DNA from: Psammoneis japonica
Lineage: Eukaryota
Assembly: GCA_008632985.1 (NCBI GenBank)
Contig: QPGO01000182.1
Coordinates: forward strand, 62,001 to 126,000
Direction: 5' to 3'
Length of the DNA: 64,000 nucleotides
In this document: piece after piece, positions 36,001 through 48,894 of the stretch
How positions within the stretch are numbered: position 1 is the first letter of the stretch
Layout: each line of letters starts with the position of its first letter
Notes under the pieces: generated by a model
Database searches by the model: none
The model's input: the letters and a program-made list of their open reading frames with translations, nothing else
What the model was told of the DNA's origin: nothing
Translations under genes and position numbers: made by a program

Positions 36001-39000
36001 TTGCACATTAGAGTCATTTGTTAAGTGGGTCATTCGACGGATGTTGACAGTGTCAACAATGTCTCCACGTTCACTGCATTGTGCCATTGGCAATGGCTGT
36101 TGTCGTTTTGTGTGGGCCATGTGGGGCCATTCCAATTTCCGAATGTCTTGTGAGAGTGACATCGTTTGTTTCTCACTTTGTGTGTGTGCATGCACGGCAT
36201 TGCGTCGAGTGTTCTCATTGACGTTCTTTGTTGACATGAACACAAGGACCAATTGTCCTGCAGTGTTTTTCATGATGTCGATTGCACCTGGCATTGTGCC
36301 CAGCACCCAATGTGCACTCTTTTAATTGTTGTGGCGTTCGCTTCACTTGTGGAGTTCATGCAGTTCTGGCTGGCTAACTTTGTGTGTGCCACATTGCTCT
36401 GCTGCACTTCCACGTGTCGCAAGCAATTGACGATGGTCAAGGACATTTTCTGACCATTTCGTCTTGACAATCCTGGGATGGTTGTGGACTCCTTTGTGGA
36501 TTTCTTTGTCACTTCAACCATCTTTCCTTTGGATTTTGATCGTCATTTGGACGTTTCTTTTTGACATGCCGGCGACATTTTGTCATTCCGAAGGCACTGC
36601 TTTTGTGCACTGTTTGGACAAATGTCCATTTTTTGTGTTTTGTTTCTGAATCTTTGGCACATCTCGTGTGACATCATTTATGTCTTGCCTCGCACATCGT
36701 ACATTGCAGTTGTGCGGGTGCTGCGAGATTGTCTTTTGCCAATGTGAAGCAGGTGCGTGTGATGTGCGCCAATCTGTCACTGATTTTTTTCTTTGACCGT
36801 CCCCAAATGAGGCGATTTTTTCCTTGTGACATGAGCATTTTTGATCTCGCTCGCCTCCACGAAAAGTGTTCACATGACATGTCGCGCCCGACAATTTGGA
36901 GGAAATGTCTTTGTCCCGTTTTGTTCAGTGTCGAGAACTTTGCAATTTAACGGAAAGACATTGTCGCAGGATTTTGGTGGGACCTTTTCAGCCAACTCTT
37001 CTGTGCTGAGGTTTTCCATGGGTTCTATTTTTTTTGCAGCAAGTCGGCTGATCGCTCTTGCGATGACGTTCGCCTTGCCCTCGATGCATTTTATTTCGGG
37101 ACTGGAATTCTGTGTTCTAAGTCGTCAACGCATGACTCTGTCCATTGTGTGTTGTGAACCGTGTGTGCAACAATCTGTTGGCCAAACAGTGTGTTCCGGG
37201 AATTGTTGAGTGTTTCCACTGTGGACAGAAGTTCTTTTTCCGTTGTGACTTGAACATTGCAATGCCATGTTTGACAACAACACAGTTTTTGATGTGATGC
37301 GCTCCACATTTTCGGAGACTTTTCATTCTGTGCTTGTCCTTTTGCCGTTTGACCTTTGTTGAGGTGGATTTGGCCAGAAATGCACAGGAGATCATTGAGA
37401 CTGCATGTCTTCATGGCAGCAACACACATCGACAAGCTGTCGTAATTTTCTTTGCATTTTGCTCAATGTTGCAATTGCCGGAATCGCCTCCATTTTCTTT
37501 GCAATCGGATGTGTGCCGTTGCGTGTGGAAGTCTTGATAATTTTTTTCAAGTCAAGCAGTGAAGGACTTTTGTTTGTCAACCTTCAAAGCGACTGTTCTA
37601 GTCGCATGAATGCCGTTTCAAGTTTTTCTTGTGCAGGTGACATTTTGAAGTTATTTTCTGTCAGGTGTAAATGTTCATTCTCTGACAACTCCAAACCTGC
37701 CATGAGTTCGCTCATGCGTTGCATGAAAACACATGGGGCTCCACAGATTCTTGTCGGAAGTCCACAGCACTCATTTTCCCCCACGGCATTGTTCTGATGT
37801 GAGCACGACGTGTGCTTTTTGATTTTGTGTTGTGGTGTTCCATGATTGAATCGCAGCTTCATTTTTAAAACTTCAATCTTTCACAATTGGTTGAATTCCT
37901 TTCAAATGAATGCCTCCAAAGACTGTGATGGGAGAAGGTTCTCACACGTCGTGGAATCACGTCAGATTTTTTCACGGCGAGATCCATTGATTCTTTCAAC
38001 TCATTTGTCCAAGGAACTTTTCAAAAGGATTTCAAACCTCTTAAGAAGGAGACTGAGTGGTTTATCTTCTTTTGGTTAAGATGCATTGCTGCAGCTGTCA
38101 CTTGATTGGAATCAACGGCGTGACAATGTGAGTCGAGAACCATCGGTCTCGTCATTAACTCCATTCACCGCGTGATGTTTTTCAATGTGATCGGCACTCA
38201 GCTGGAACATTTCTGCATCGAAGAGTGCATCAACATTCTTCACAGGGTAATTGCTTCATTCCCATTTGATTTCTTCAATTGCGCAGTCCAGTGTGATTGC
38301 AAAACTGGACATTGAGTCGCGTCCCATGATCACATCATTCGACCTTGAAGGGCATTTGGTGTCATTGACATGTGCTGTTTGAATGTCAGTGAGTCTTAAA
38401 TTCGCACACTGAGAACTGAATTCGGTGTTCACTGTCAGTCGTAAAGAGCTCACCCTTGGTTTCCCAAGTTTTTTGGTGGCGGACATCTTGGTTCTCAACT
38501 TTGCACGATTTTGCGCAAAATCATGGGCTGACGATGTTCTTTGTCGAGAGAACACGCAGAAGCTTGTTTTTTGCTTTTCTCAGAGAAGCAGTCATGTGGA
38601 CAGCGAGAACAGGACTCGCGTGACATGCTGTGATGCTTTTTCTGGGTTTCCAGACGTCCTGCAACGCGTCACACTCCTTGAGCGGCACAAATTTTTGATC
38701 GGACTCGATCGGGTCAATTTTTCTAAATTGACAGTTTTGTTCGTCAAGCGTTTTAGAGTCTTAATTTTCGCTCTCATTTTTACGTTCCTTTGTCGAGGAA
38801 CTCGCTTTAATTGTTTTTGTGAACTGCCCAGTTCATGGTTCAGTTCAACTCCTCTTTCACAGAGGCATTTCTGCTCTCGTCATGTTCGCGTGCGATTGCC
38901 ATTTAGAGCGTCGTATTTTTGGGTCTCTTTTAGAGCCACCCTTGCACTCTTTCGCTGATTCATTTTCAGAACAGCTTCAATCCGTGATGTGGGTGTTCTT

Positions 39001-39880
39001 TTTTCAAAGATTGGACCTTTCATTCACTTTGGATTGTGGTGGCACCACACAGGAGACCATTTTTGGAACCAAAATTGGAGCCTTTTTGATTGTGGAATCA
39101 ACTGCGCCATCAGAGCCCGAATTGATGTGTTTTTTTGTCATAGACGTCCTTGCCGACCTCTAGACGACTCAAACCTCAATCAGCTCGTAAAGGGCATGAT
39201 CCAGCAGTTCAACATTTTGGACAGCAGGCTGATGCTGCCATCCTTGCGGTGCGAGTGATAGCTGATAAATCAGCGCTCGGTTTCCCGCTAGATTCGACTT
39301 AGAATCCATCTGAGGGTCGCACAGACTCTCATCGTTGACCTCTTGGGTCTGTCAGAGGCTTTCTTGCTGTTGAGCGGCTCTGGTTTCTTCAGGTCGTCTC
39401 GAAAATAATTTCCCTGATTCTGAAGTGCATTTCCTCGGAGGACATGAGTTATGAGACGCTTGAGGCACTTTCCAACGATTCCCTCTTGCTCCTTGGACTC
39501 GAGGATCATCGATTCGGTCTCAAAAAACTCTCCAATAGTCTCTCCTTGCATGGTAGACGTGTTTCTCGGATCTGATCGACTCGGAACTTGCACTCTCTGC
39601 AACCATGACTTGGTGTAGATTTTTTGATGATGCTGTGTGCTTGAGAGCCCTTGATCCTTGGGTGCTTGGAATAGACCGTATTAGAGCGAATCCTCTTGTT
39701 TGGTAGACGAAAAACAGCGTTCCATCTTGAGGCACTGCTCGGCTTGAGCTTCTTCCGCTCGGAAATCGATTCCAGCAGAACTGGTGCGATTCGTTCCTGT
39801 TTATAGAAGAATTTGCAAAGGCACATTAGTTGAAATTTTCATTTTCCGTGCTTTTTACCTTCTGTGGTGTGTGTACACAA

Positions 39881-40246
39881 TGCACTATGCTCGAAGAACG
39901 AGTGTAAACGAAAGTAGAATAGTGTACGAAAAGTGGAAATTATGAGATTAGATTTTACTCTGTGATTTTGGTTTCTCCGAATGAGTTCTCAATGGCCTAA
40001 AGCTTCTGTACTGCTTCTACAGACAAAAGGCCTTTCGGAGAATATAATCGTGACAACAGATAGTCCGAATACGATTGCTTTTGACACATAAGATGTCAGC
40101 ATCGTCTATCGATCGTATTTGCGATTTTCGACTTCCGATCAACTCTGTGTGATCGTTCTGTCCTTCGCACGCATCCACGACTGTGGCACGATTGACATAT
40201 AAATAACACATAATCATATATATGTATATAACAGTCGCATACTGCA
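39881..40246 (-). repeat. 5' LTR (366 bp), nearly unmutated
   Basis: About 29 TpA retained, including catatatatgtatataac. Confidence 0.95.
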
Positions 40247-40983
40247 CTTGCTCACATGGTGCAAAGCACTGTCAGCTGCGCTGGCCTTGGCGTGCACTCT
40301 GCCAGCAAAGCCAGCAGCCAACAAGAGCACAGCACTGGGAAGTCACGCAAGGAGAAGGGCTCAGCCTTGCCACCAAAGCACCAAATGTGTTGCTTGCCAC
40401 ATCTTGTGATTTGAGCCTGCAACCCAAAGTTGTTGGACACATCTGCTGGCAACAGGGAGCACAGGCTGGCATGTGGTGAGGGTGGTGCCTTTGCCAAGAG
40501 CTGCTCTGCACTGGAGGAAGAGGGAAACAGGCCAAAAAGTTTTGCAAGAAATGTTTGATCAATGGTCAGGATGGTGGCCTGGACTTTGATGACAGACAAA
40601 GCAGCTGCAGCACAAAGTGCTTTTGTGATGCAGAGTGCGGGATGAGCAAAGCTTGAGCAAGAGAGCTCTCTCTCTGCTCAGGCTCAAACAAGCAGCACAC
40701 TCTAAAGATGCTGCTGCACATGGCTTGTGCACCAACATGCTCAAAGCTGCAAGTCATAAAAACTGCCACCAACGTTTCAACCAACCGCAGATCAAACAAT
40801 CAACGCCGCTTGGCTGAGCCCCCCCCCCCCCCCCCAAGCTCAGGGGGCAAGAGTGGCCCATTGACTTTCTTCTGGTTTTGTGCACTCAAGAACTTCTTGT
40901 TCTGCAGAAAGTTTTCAAGGTGCTGGAAATTTGAAAAGGTGGTGCTGATTCTTAAAGGTGCTAAGTACTCGTACAAATTTATT

Positions 40984-41172
40984 CAAGTGGGTATCTCCAG
41001 CGGTGGCCTTGACTTCAAAGATCACCTCTTCAATCGTCAAGAGAGAAACATCAAAGGTTCCTCCACCGAAATCAATAATCAAAACATTCTTCTCTTCACC
41101 CTTCTTGTCGAGACCATCGGCAACGGCGGGCACAAGCCCCGAGATGGAACCGGCATCCTTGATGGCCTGACG
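40984..41172 (-). pseudogene. HSP70: HSP70 gene fragment with an internal deletion
   Basis: [57 protein letters not shown]. The NVLRIINEPTAAA segment is missing. Confidence 0.9.
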
Positions 41173-41174
41173 AA

Positions 41175-41872
41175 CTCGGCTGCCTGGGGCTTGCACCAAC
41201 GCCCGAATGTATTTGGGTGACGACGCCTCAATCCCATCTTTTCGCTGAACAAAATCTGATAAAGCCTCTTGTTCATTGTGGGGAAACCAGGATAATCAGA
41301 TAGCAAGGCACTCCATTCTTCTTGTTCTTCTTGCGTCAGTTCCCCAGAGTAATCGAAATTACAGTTGGGCGAAGTGGCGTCAAAGTGAAACTCGGAGAAC
41401 CAGTGCATGCCATACTTGGACGAGGTTGGAAGTTTCATGGCGTACAATGACTGTGCCCTATCCATTGGCAGTCCAAACCCAACAATGCGATCGATTCTCC
41501 TTGCTTGGAAAATTTCGAGAATCTTGTCTTCAAACTCGTCTGCCGCCTCGTCTCCCAGATCTTTGCGCACCTTGTTCAACAGGTTCACCAGCTCATAAAG
41601 GAGATTGAGAATCGCTTTACGATCCATATTGAGAGATGCGGACTTTGGATCATCACGATCCCGCTTGGCAATGTACAGTTCTTTGGCCCATTCTTCAACA
41701 TCTTGACTTCCTTGATCCACAGTGAGCCGTTGCAACGCATCCTGAATGCTCGTGTCGTCGAACTGGTTCTTTAGGGCTTTCAAGGCCTCGATAGCTTCCT
41801 CCATGGTGATTTGGGATAGGAAAGGGCTGTCCTGGACGTTCAACTGAATACAGTATCTCTGTTACTTTTTTA
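41175..41872 (-). pseudogene. Inverted duplicate of the 45252-45935 gene, 3' end joined to the HSP70 fragment
   Basis: Near-identical translation (QDSPFLSQITMEEAI...RWCKPQAAE). Confidence 0.8.
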
Positions 41873-42218
41873 TGTTGAATGGGTATGAACGAATTGGGAC
41901 GGCAACGTTCAACGTTGGGGGACGTGTCGTGTCTCTCTAGAGTACCGGTAGAGAGAGTAGACAACTTCTGTTCGTTTTACGAATACCGAATACCGAATAC
42001 AGTCTGTGCGTTTGGGGTATTTGCGCGCGCAACAAACGAAAACATCCAAAACATCGTAAAAAACAGCGGCAATAGCAAAGGAGACGGCTACTTTGACGGT
42101 GATATAATATTCTTGCAACCACAATGTGTCCAATGCCTCCAGTTCATATTGTTACACCCAATAGTACGAGTGATGATGAGAGTGGCTCATCAAGTGGCGT
42201 GCGTATTGTGTAAGAGAT

Positions 42219-43040
42219 TTGCGCCAGGGACAAATTCAAAATGCTTCCGCCGTTGCCCGCCGGTGGCAATGTCCCGATTCCACCCTTCGGCACTGGAAAA
42301 GCTGGACGAATCCAAAGCATCAAACCGAGCTTCAGAAGAAGCTCAAAGAAGCTATTCCGCACGCCAAGAAAACTGCCGCCGACGGACGTCGCGTGGCCCT
42401 CTCCCTCCTCCTTGATGCTGGGACTCTTGAAGAGAAGCTCATTGTAGTCAACTGGTGGTATAATTTGTCTGTGGATGAGAAACATCGAGAGTTTGATAGG
42501 CTCAAGGGCGTATACCAGCGTCCGACTGTGTCAAACAATCGAGTTCCAGAGCCCAAAAAGGTTGTTCTATGTTCCGATCCTCAAGAAGTGTTGGACGAGT
42601 ATGCAAAGAACAGCGCAAGCGGCAAGAAGCTTTCTGGAAAGCGTTATCGCACGTTGGATGATCCACTTGTAAGGGCACATCATGCAATGGCGAAACCCGT
42701 TCGCAGAGCAGCAACGAAGCTTGAGAGATGCGCTGTTGACACCATGGAATTGTTGCGACAGACTCCCGTTAAATACAATGTATCCCTTGTTTTGGAAAGG
42801 CAAGTAGGAAGTCCCCGCAAAACTGGAGATACCCCACAGGATGAAGCCATTCTAGAGCACCCCAAGAGAATCGCCATTGGTCTCAATCGTGAGAATCTTC
42901 CGTTCAATGATGAAACCGTTGAACGCATGACAACGGACGAGCACACGACCCTCTGGTGTACGGACGAGAATGACAAGGAGACTTACTCGGAGAACAGGGC
43001 GAGGATTCGTGGTCGTGAAAAGGTCAAGGACTCGGTATAG
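42219..43040 (+). CDS. Hypothetical protein (273 aa)
   Basis: Open frame with normal composition. No motif recognised. Confidence 0.5.
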   Translation: MRQGQIQNASAVARRWQCPDSTLRHWKSWTNPKHQTELQKKLKEAIPHAKKTAADGRRVALSLLLDAGTLEEKLIVVNWWYNLSVDEKHREFDRLKGVYQRPTVSNNRVPEPKKVVLCSDPQEVLDEYAKNSASGKKLSGKRYRTLDDPLVRAHHAMAKPVRRAATKLERCAVDTMELLRQTPVKYNVSLVLERQVGSPRKTGDTPQDEAILEHPKRIAIGLNRENLPFNDETVERMTTDEHTTLWCTDENDKETYSENRARIRGREKVKDSV

Positions 43041-43536
43041 AGACGAGCCAACACACTTGCCACGAGTCGTGCATCATCGACTTGGAAAATGATCTTTGAA
43101 GATATCAAGCGAAACGGTCTCAACGGACCTCCTCAAATTGCTCCTAGCACTCGTCGTACCAATGGTACTATTGTCTCACGAATCAGTCAGCTGTTGCTGG
43201 AATGACTAACACGATGCCCGCCATCTTCTGCTCTCTCTATACTTGTATCGAGATAGAGCTTTGTCAAACTCTTGGATCCAATTTGTTTCTGATATGGACA
43301 GTACAATAACTGCTATAGATTGTCTTGGCTACAGCAAGTTCTTTACTTGAAGATAGAAAGGATCCGTGCGAGCAGGGATCTTCCCGCAGGTCTAAGAAAT
43401 GAAAACGGTGTACCGCATTGTACATGCCTTCGTCCAAAGGGTGGGGGGCAACACTCCCCCCTGCGGGTTGCTCCGGTCGGACGTGAGGAGCAGTCGGGTG
43501 AGACGACAACTGCAAGTACTTCATTCACAATCATCG

Positions 43537-44538
43537 CACCGAAGACACGGGCCCAGTGTCTTGGAGCACGGCTCAAACGCTCACGTGCGTGTCGAGGATG
43601 CGCCAAGTCATTCGGGATTTGCTGCACATGGACGTTCTCTAGCCGAGTTTCAGGGTGTGAAGAACACCGAAAACACACCCAAGCTTGCTGCTTGGAATCG
43701 ACTTTTGGATACAGATTTGGGTGCGTGCAATGGAGGGCCGAGTCGCACATTGAAGGAGATCCTCAAAGAGCGCGTCATTACGCCCTTCTCAGAGTCGAGT
43801 AGTAGTCCGTCATATGGGGCAGCTTACTCTGCTATCCTCTTTGGTCCACCGGGTACTGCCAAGACGACGATTTGTGAATCTCTTGCCGAGAGGATGGGTT
43901 GGGACTTTCTTGTCATTTACACTGCTGCATTTTTGGCAGATGGCCTATCAAACGTTGCAGCGAGGATTCGGTATGTGTTTGAACGCCTCCAATCCTTGGA
44001 GCGATGCATCATTTTGTTTGACGAGATAGAAGAGTTTTGTCTTGACCGCGAAACTCCAGGATTGGGAATGGAGAGTCGCATGTTGACAACTGCCATGCTC
44101 ACAGCAATCAATGATTTGAGACGAGCCAAGAGGAGCATCTTCTTCTTGGCGACAAGTCGACTATGAGCATTCGACTCAGCAATCACTCGACCAGGTCGTT
44201 TTGACATGCAGCTATTCGTAGGTACTCCCAATATGGAAGCGCGGTGCATTCAACTTCGACAAAAGCTTGGGTCAGTCCCTGTTAGCGAGAAGCGTAAGAA
44301 AGAAGCCGAAAAAGCCTACAAATCCTTCCTCGAGACCGTTTGGACGGAAGATGCAATGTTTATGAAAAATTTGGAGGGCATGCAGTTTGCAAAAGCATGT
44401 GCCAATATTGTCGCATCGCGAATGGAGCTAACTGATGAAGAAATGGGAGCAATGCTAGAGACTCAGGCTGCAGTCATGACAGCAAGAGGCGCCGTTCGTG
44501 ATGAATACCTTGCCTCGATGGAAATGTCAGGACTGTAG
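43537..44538 (+). pseudogene. Duplicated 3' part of the AAA+ ATPase gene with a premature TGA (44164-44166); homology continues to about 44840
   Basis: Aligns with 25504-26499 and downstream sequence. CGA->TGA relative to the original. Confidence 0.88.
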
Positions 44539-45251
44539 TCGATTGTGTTTCTCTACCTACTGAACTAATTTTCAATTCGCTTGGGACCACCAAGGTCCGA
44601 CACCAATGCGCCTTTGACGTGTTCATTGCCAATTCATTGGCGCTCAATTTCGTCGGAATTTCATTATGTAGTCATGCTTCTACTGCACTGTAAAGCAGTC
44701 ACCGCTTATTACGCTTTTCGCACTCTGGGTGTTAGTTCCATGCTCTGACTCTGCCACTCTGTCGATTTCACCGTTCGTGCTCATGACGCCTCAGTGTTCT
44801 GCGATGATTTTTTGTTCTGGCACCCGCGCAGACGAAACATTCGGTCTATCTCCATCATATACCATACATACACAGATTTGGTCTATCGGTGACCCTACAT
44901 CTTGAGAGGTAATAGACTTGGTGGTCTTGGTCCTACCTTAGAGCATGCAAACAAGGATGCAAAATGACTCGAGTCTTGCATCCCTTGCACTCCTCGGGGG
45001 GATCTCCCGCAGGTCTAAAAACGAAAAATGTCCACAGCTTTGTATCTAGAGTAGAAGCAGTACATACCTTCGTCCAAGTACTTCTAGGAGGAGTGAGTCG
45101 AGTAGAGGGGGGGNGGGGGGGGGGCAGACATGGAGACAGCGCAACGGTACGGTGACAACTGCAACTTCGCACGTTCGCCCTTCATCCATTCATTCATACA
45201 CATCACAAAAAAAGAAACAAGTAAAACAATAAAAAGTAACAGAGATACTGT

Positions 45252-45935
45252 ATGCAGTTGAACGTCCAGGACAGCCCTTTCCTATCCCAAATCACCATGG
45301 AGGAAGCTATTGACGCCTTGATAGCCCTAAAGAACAAGTACGACGACCCGAGCATTCAGGATGCGTTGCAACGGCTGACTGTGGATCAAGGAAGTCAAGA
45401 TGTTGAAGAATGGGCCAAAGAACTGTACCTTGCCAAGCGGGATCGTGATGATCCAAAGTCCGCGTCTCTTAATATGGATCGTAAAGCGATTCTCAATCTC
45501 CTTTACGAGTTGGTGAACCTGTGGAACAAGGTGCGTAAAGATCTGGGAGACGACGCTGCCGACGAGTTTGAAGACAAGATTCTCGAAATTTTCCAAGCGA
45601 GGAGAATCGACCGTATTGTTGGGTTTGGGCTGCCAATGGATCGGGCACAGTCATTGTATGCAATGAAAATTCCAACGTCGTCCAAGTATGGTATGCACTG
45701 GTTCAGCGAGTTTCACTTTGACGCGACTTCGCCCAACTGTAATTTCGATTACTCCCAGGAACTGACGCAAGAAGAACAAGAAGAATGGAGTGCCTTGCTA
45801 TCTGATTATCCTGGTTTCCCCACAATGAACAAGAGGCTTTATCAGATTTTGTTCAGCAAAAAGATGGGATTGAGGCGTCGTCACCCAAATACATTCGGGC
45901 GTTGGTGCAAGCCCCAGGCAGCCGAGATTGTGTAG
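45252..45935 (+). CDS. Hypothetical protein (about 212-227 aa)
   Basis: Intact ORF with a conserved inverted paralog at 41175-41872. Confidence 0.65.
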   Translation: MQLNVQDSPFLSQITMEEAIDALIALKNKYDDPSIQDALQRLTVDQGSQDVEEWAKELYLAKRDRDDPKSASLNMDRKAILNLLYELVNLWNKVRKDLGDDAADEFEDKILEIFQARRIDRIVGFGLPMDRAQSLYAMKIPTSSKYGMHWFSEFHFDATSPNCNFDYSQELTQEEQEEWSALLSDYPGFPTMNKRLYQILFSKKMGLRRRHPNTFGRWCKPQAAEIV

Positions 45936-46498
45936 ATATTGGAACAGCGGAAGGCAGTACAGGGGTCACCGATCTAGTGTTCAGTAGTTGTTTGTTAGTA
46001 ATGCTATGTTATGTTAGAACCCTTTTTCAGACAATGTTAAGTAGTCAAGATATAGGGTGAACGTCTCTTGAAGCTTAAAATGTAATGCATTGAGTGAACC
46101 ACCGACCGCTGACTGATCCAAGTGAACAGGAAAGCTCTCTGTCGATTACAAGTCCATGGCAAATCTCTCGCGAGGCGCAGAATGCACGATTCGCACAATG
46201 CACGATTCGCGGCTGGAGGAATGAAAAAAATCCTTGCACAACCCACACCATGAGAATTCTTTTCAATGGCATGACCGAGTCCTACCAAAGTTTGATAAAG
46301 TTAGAGTCGGAACGATTGAATCAAAACTGACTGAAGTGGCATTGTCTCCACAAAGCGATTTGCAAAGCCTTCCGCTGCCCCTTTCTAGGAAATTTCACAA
46401 GATTGCATGACAATAGATACGAAAATGGGACGCCATAGTAACACAGAAATTAAAAGATATGCTACTGGAATACAGACTACTACATTGACACACTTTCT

Positions 46499-47649
46499 TT
46501 ATTCTTCCACATCCTCACGAGCCCGGTCCAGAGCCGAGGCAATGTCATCGGGCAAGCTGGGGTCGAGCCACGAGGGTTCCGGCAAGCCCTTTTCCTTTAG
46601 GAATTCACAATTAAACATTTTGCCCTGATAACGAGATGCCGAATCACACAAAATTGTGGCCAGCGTGTGTCCCGGCCCGAGTTCATTGGCGAGCCGTTCG
46701 GCTCCCGCCACATTAATGCCCGACGACATGCCCAGGGCAAGACCTTCCTTGGTCAAGAGTTCAAAACACGCATTGAGTGCGGTCGTGTCGTCAATCTCGT
46801 AATTGTAATCGGGAGTAAAGCCTTCCAAATTGGCCGTGACGCGGCCTTGTCCAATTCCTTCGGTAATGGAATTGCCTTCCGACTTGAGTTCGCCGTCCTT
46901 GTAATAACGATGCAATGCTGCTCCACAGGGATCGGTCAATCCCACCTTGACGTCGGGATGGAATTCACGAAAATACATGGCACATCCCGCAATAGTTCCG
47001 CCCGTCCCAATGGCGCAGGAAAAGGCATTGAGTTCAGGAAGTTGTGCCATGATTTCGGGCGCCGTCGTTTCGTAATGAGCGCGCCGATTGTCGACATTGT
47101 CAAACTAATGTTGGAAAACGAGTCAGTTACGAATCAGTACCGCGAGCACTTTTTCCACCAATCTCAACAAACCGAAATGTTGCTTACCTGATTGGCCCAG
47201 ACACCGCCCGGAATTTCACTCGCCAGTCGTCCCGACAGTTTGATGTAGTTGTTGGCATGGCGATAGGGTTTGGCGTCCACTTCAATCAACGTCGCACCTG
47301 CCTGACGCAGCGTGTCTTTTTTCTCTTGAGTCTGTGTACGAGGAATCACAATGATGCTCTTGTATCCCTTGGCATTCGCCACGTACGACAATCCAATTCC
47401 GGTATTGCCTGCCGTCCCCTCGACAATGGTTCCACCGGGCTTGAGCTTGCCATCACGCTCCAATCCCTCCACCAAACTGCGAGCCGCGCGGTCCTTGACG
47501 GATCCGCCTGGATTGAGAAACTCAGCCTTGCCGTAAATCTTGCAACCCGTCCGTTCCGACGGTCCACGCAACAAAATGAGCGGCGTGTTTCCAATGGCAT
47601 CAACAAAGCCATCATAGACGGCAGGAACGAAGGATTTGGATTTTGACAT
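46499..47649 (-). CDS. cysK: Cysteine synthase (PLP-dependent O-acetylserine sulfhydrylase family); intron about 47105-47187, possible extra 5' exon
   Basis: IGNTPLI, KAEFLNPGGSVKDRAA, EGTAGNTGIG, GTGGTIAG, TEGIGQG, GMSSGIN. Confidence 0.92.
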
Positions 47650-48894
47650 ATGGTGACGCTTCTGATGAAGAAAAAAAAGAAGCATGAAAGTGAGTGGTCG
47701 TAAGAGTTTCTCCGTTTCTCCGAACACATCATGTGAAAAAACCGAAGCATCGTGACTTCTGACGCTTTGAAACATCTGCTTCCTTCCGGCGAGGACTACT
47801 CTCTACGACTAGGGCCTACTAGGAAAGGACGAAAGTAGCGCTTACCGTCAACTGTGATCTCTTGTCAATGAAGCAGAATGCGACTGGGTTAGCTGGCACT
47901 GAGGTGATGTTGATTGTGTGATGCAAACCACTGTAATCATACATCGCAGAAAGATCTGATGGATCGGGCGACAAAGATCGTGCGTGCGTTCCTTGCTCGT
48001 TTTGCGGCGCAGATTTCGCCATCGATGTTTTCTGCACTCGTAGCTCGAAATCAATCTCAATGTGTCTATAAATAATGCTTCATGAATAAAGATATAATAA
48101 TCGCGCTAAATTTATTGATAAAACAGGTATGGCAGTGGCGGCTATGGTGACAGACAGAAGGCCATGAGCAAGTTGTGAGAAAGGACATGCCTTGGCCAGG
48201 AACTACCGCACGGTAGAGTAGAGAGTAGAAAGTTGGAAGTGGAAAGTGCAAAGGGAAGTCGATGTTCATGGAGGAGCGAGCTCAAAATCACATGTGCTGC
48301 AGGTGATGAGCTGGTGCACACCATCCTGCGCTGGCTGCATTTTTGCTTCAACCCAGTTGCCCCACAACGTGATGATGCTCCCTGTGTTTTTGTGGCACAA
48401 AAGCGGCAGTTTCCATGCATGTGTTCAAAGGGTGCCACCATTGGCAGCTTGCCACCTTGCTCTTTTTTCAATGAAAAATGGCAAAATGGGCCAGGACCCT
48501 CTCATTCTCTCTGGAGCATCTGTGGCAAGCAAAACAAAAAAATTGAACTCTTTGGCTCTGATGGTGGCTGGAGGTGGCAACTGTGAATGACAAAAGTCAG
48601 GCAGATTTGTGAAACATGAACGGAGATGATTGGCTTGCGACAGACAGAATTGAGCAAGTGACAACAAAGACTCAAGATGAAGATTTGGCATTGCAGGCCC
48701 GTCTCTCCTGGATGGAACAACGCGCATCACCTGGAAAGCAATGTCGCGCATCTGTCATGTCTGGTGTGAAGAGTGGGGCATGATGGGTGCCCCTGCAATC
48801 CAAAGAGTGCTCCTGAAAACCTGACACATGACACAACATGCTCTCTCATCTCATTTCTCTGACTCCCCGCTTGCCAAAAAGGTTGTCACGTGCC

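Larger units (their letters stand above)
35621..40246 (-). mobile_element. Ty3/gypsy LTR retrotransposon with both LTRs and 4-bp TSD (cttg), internally deleted and degraded
   Basis: LTRs 39881-40246 and 35621-35987 (TGCA...TGCA). cttg at 35617-35620 and 40247-40250. Order gag, PR (DVIMGRD), RT (CCGLPTRICGAPCVFMQRMSELMAGLE), RH (TEKELLSTVETL), IN tail (DTVNIRR). Confidence 0.92.

Noticed and set aside
45105..45125. G-run as a G-quadruplex element
   Set aside because: It contains an N and is an unreliable homopolymer.
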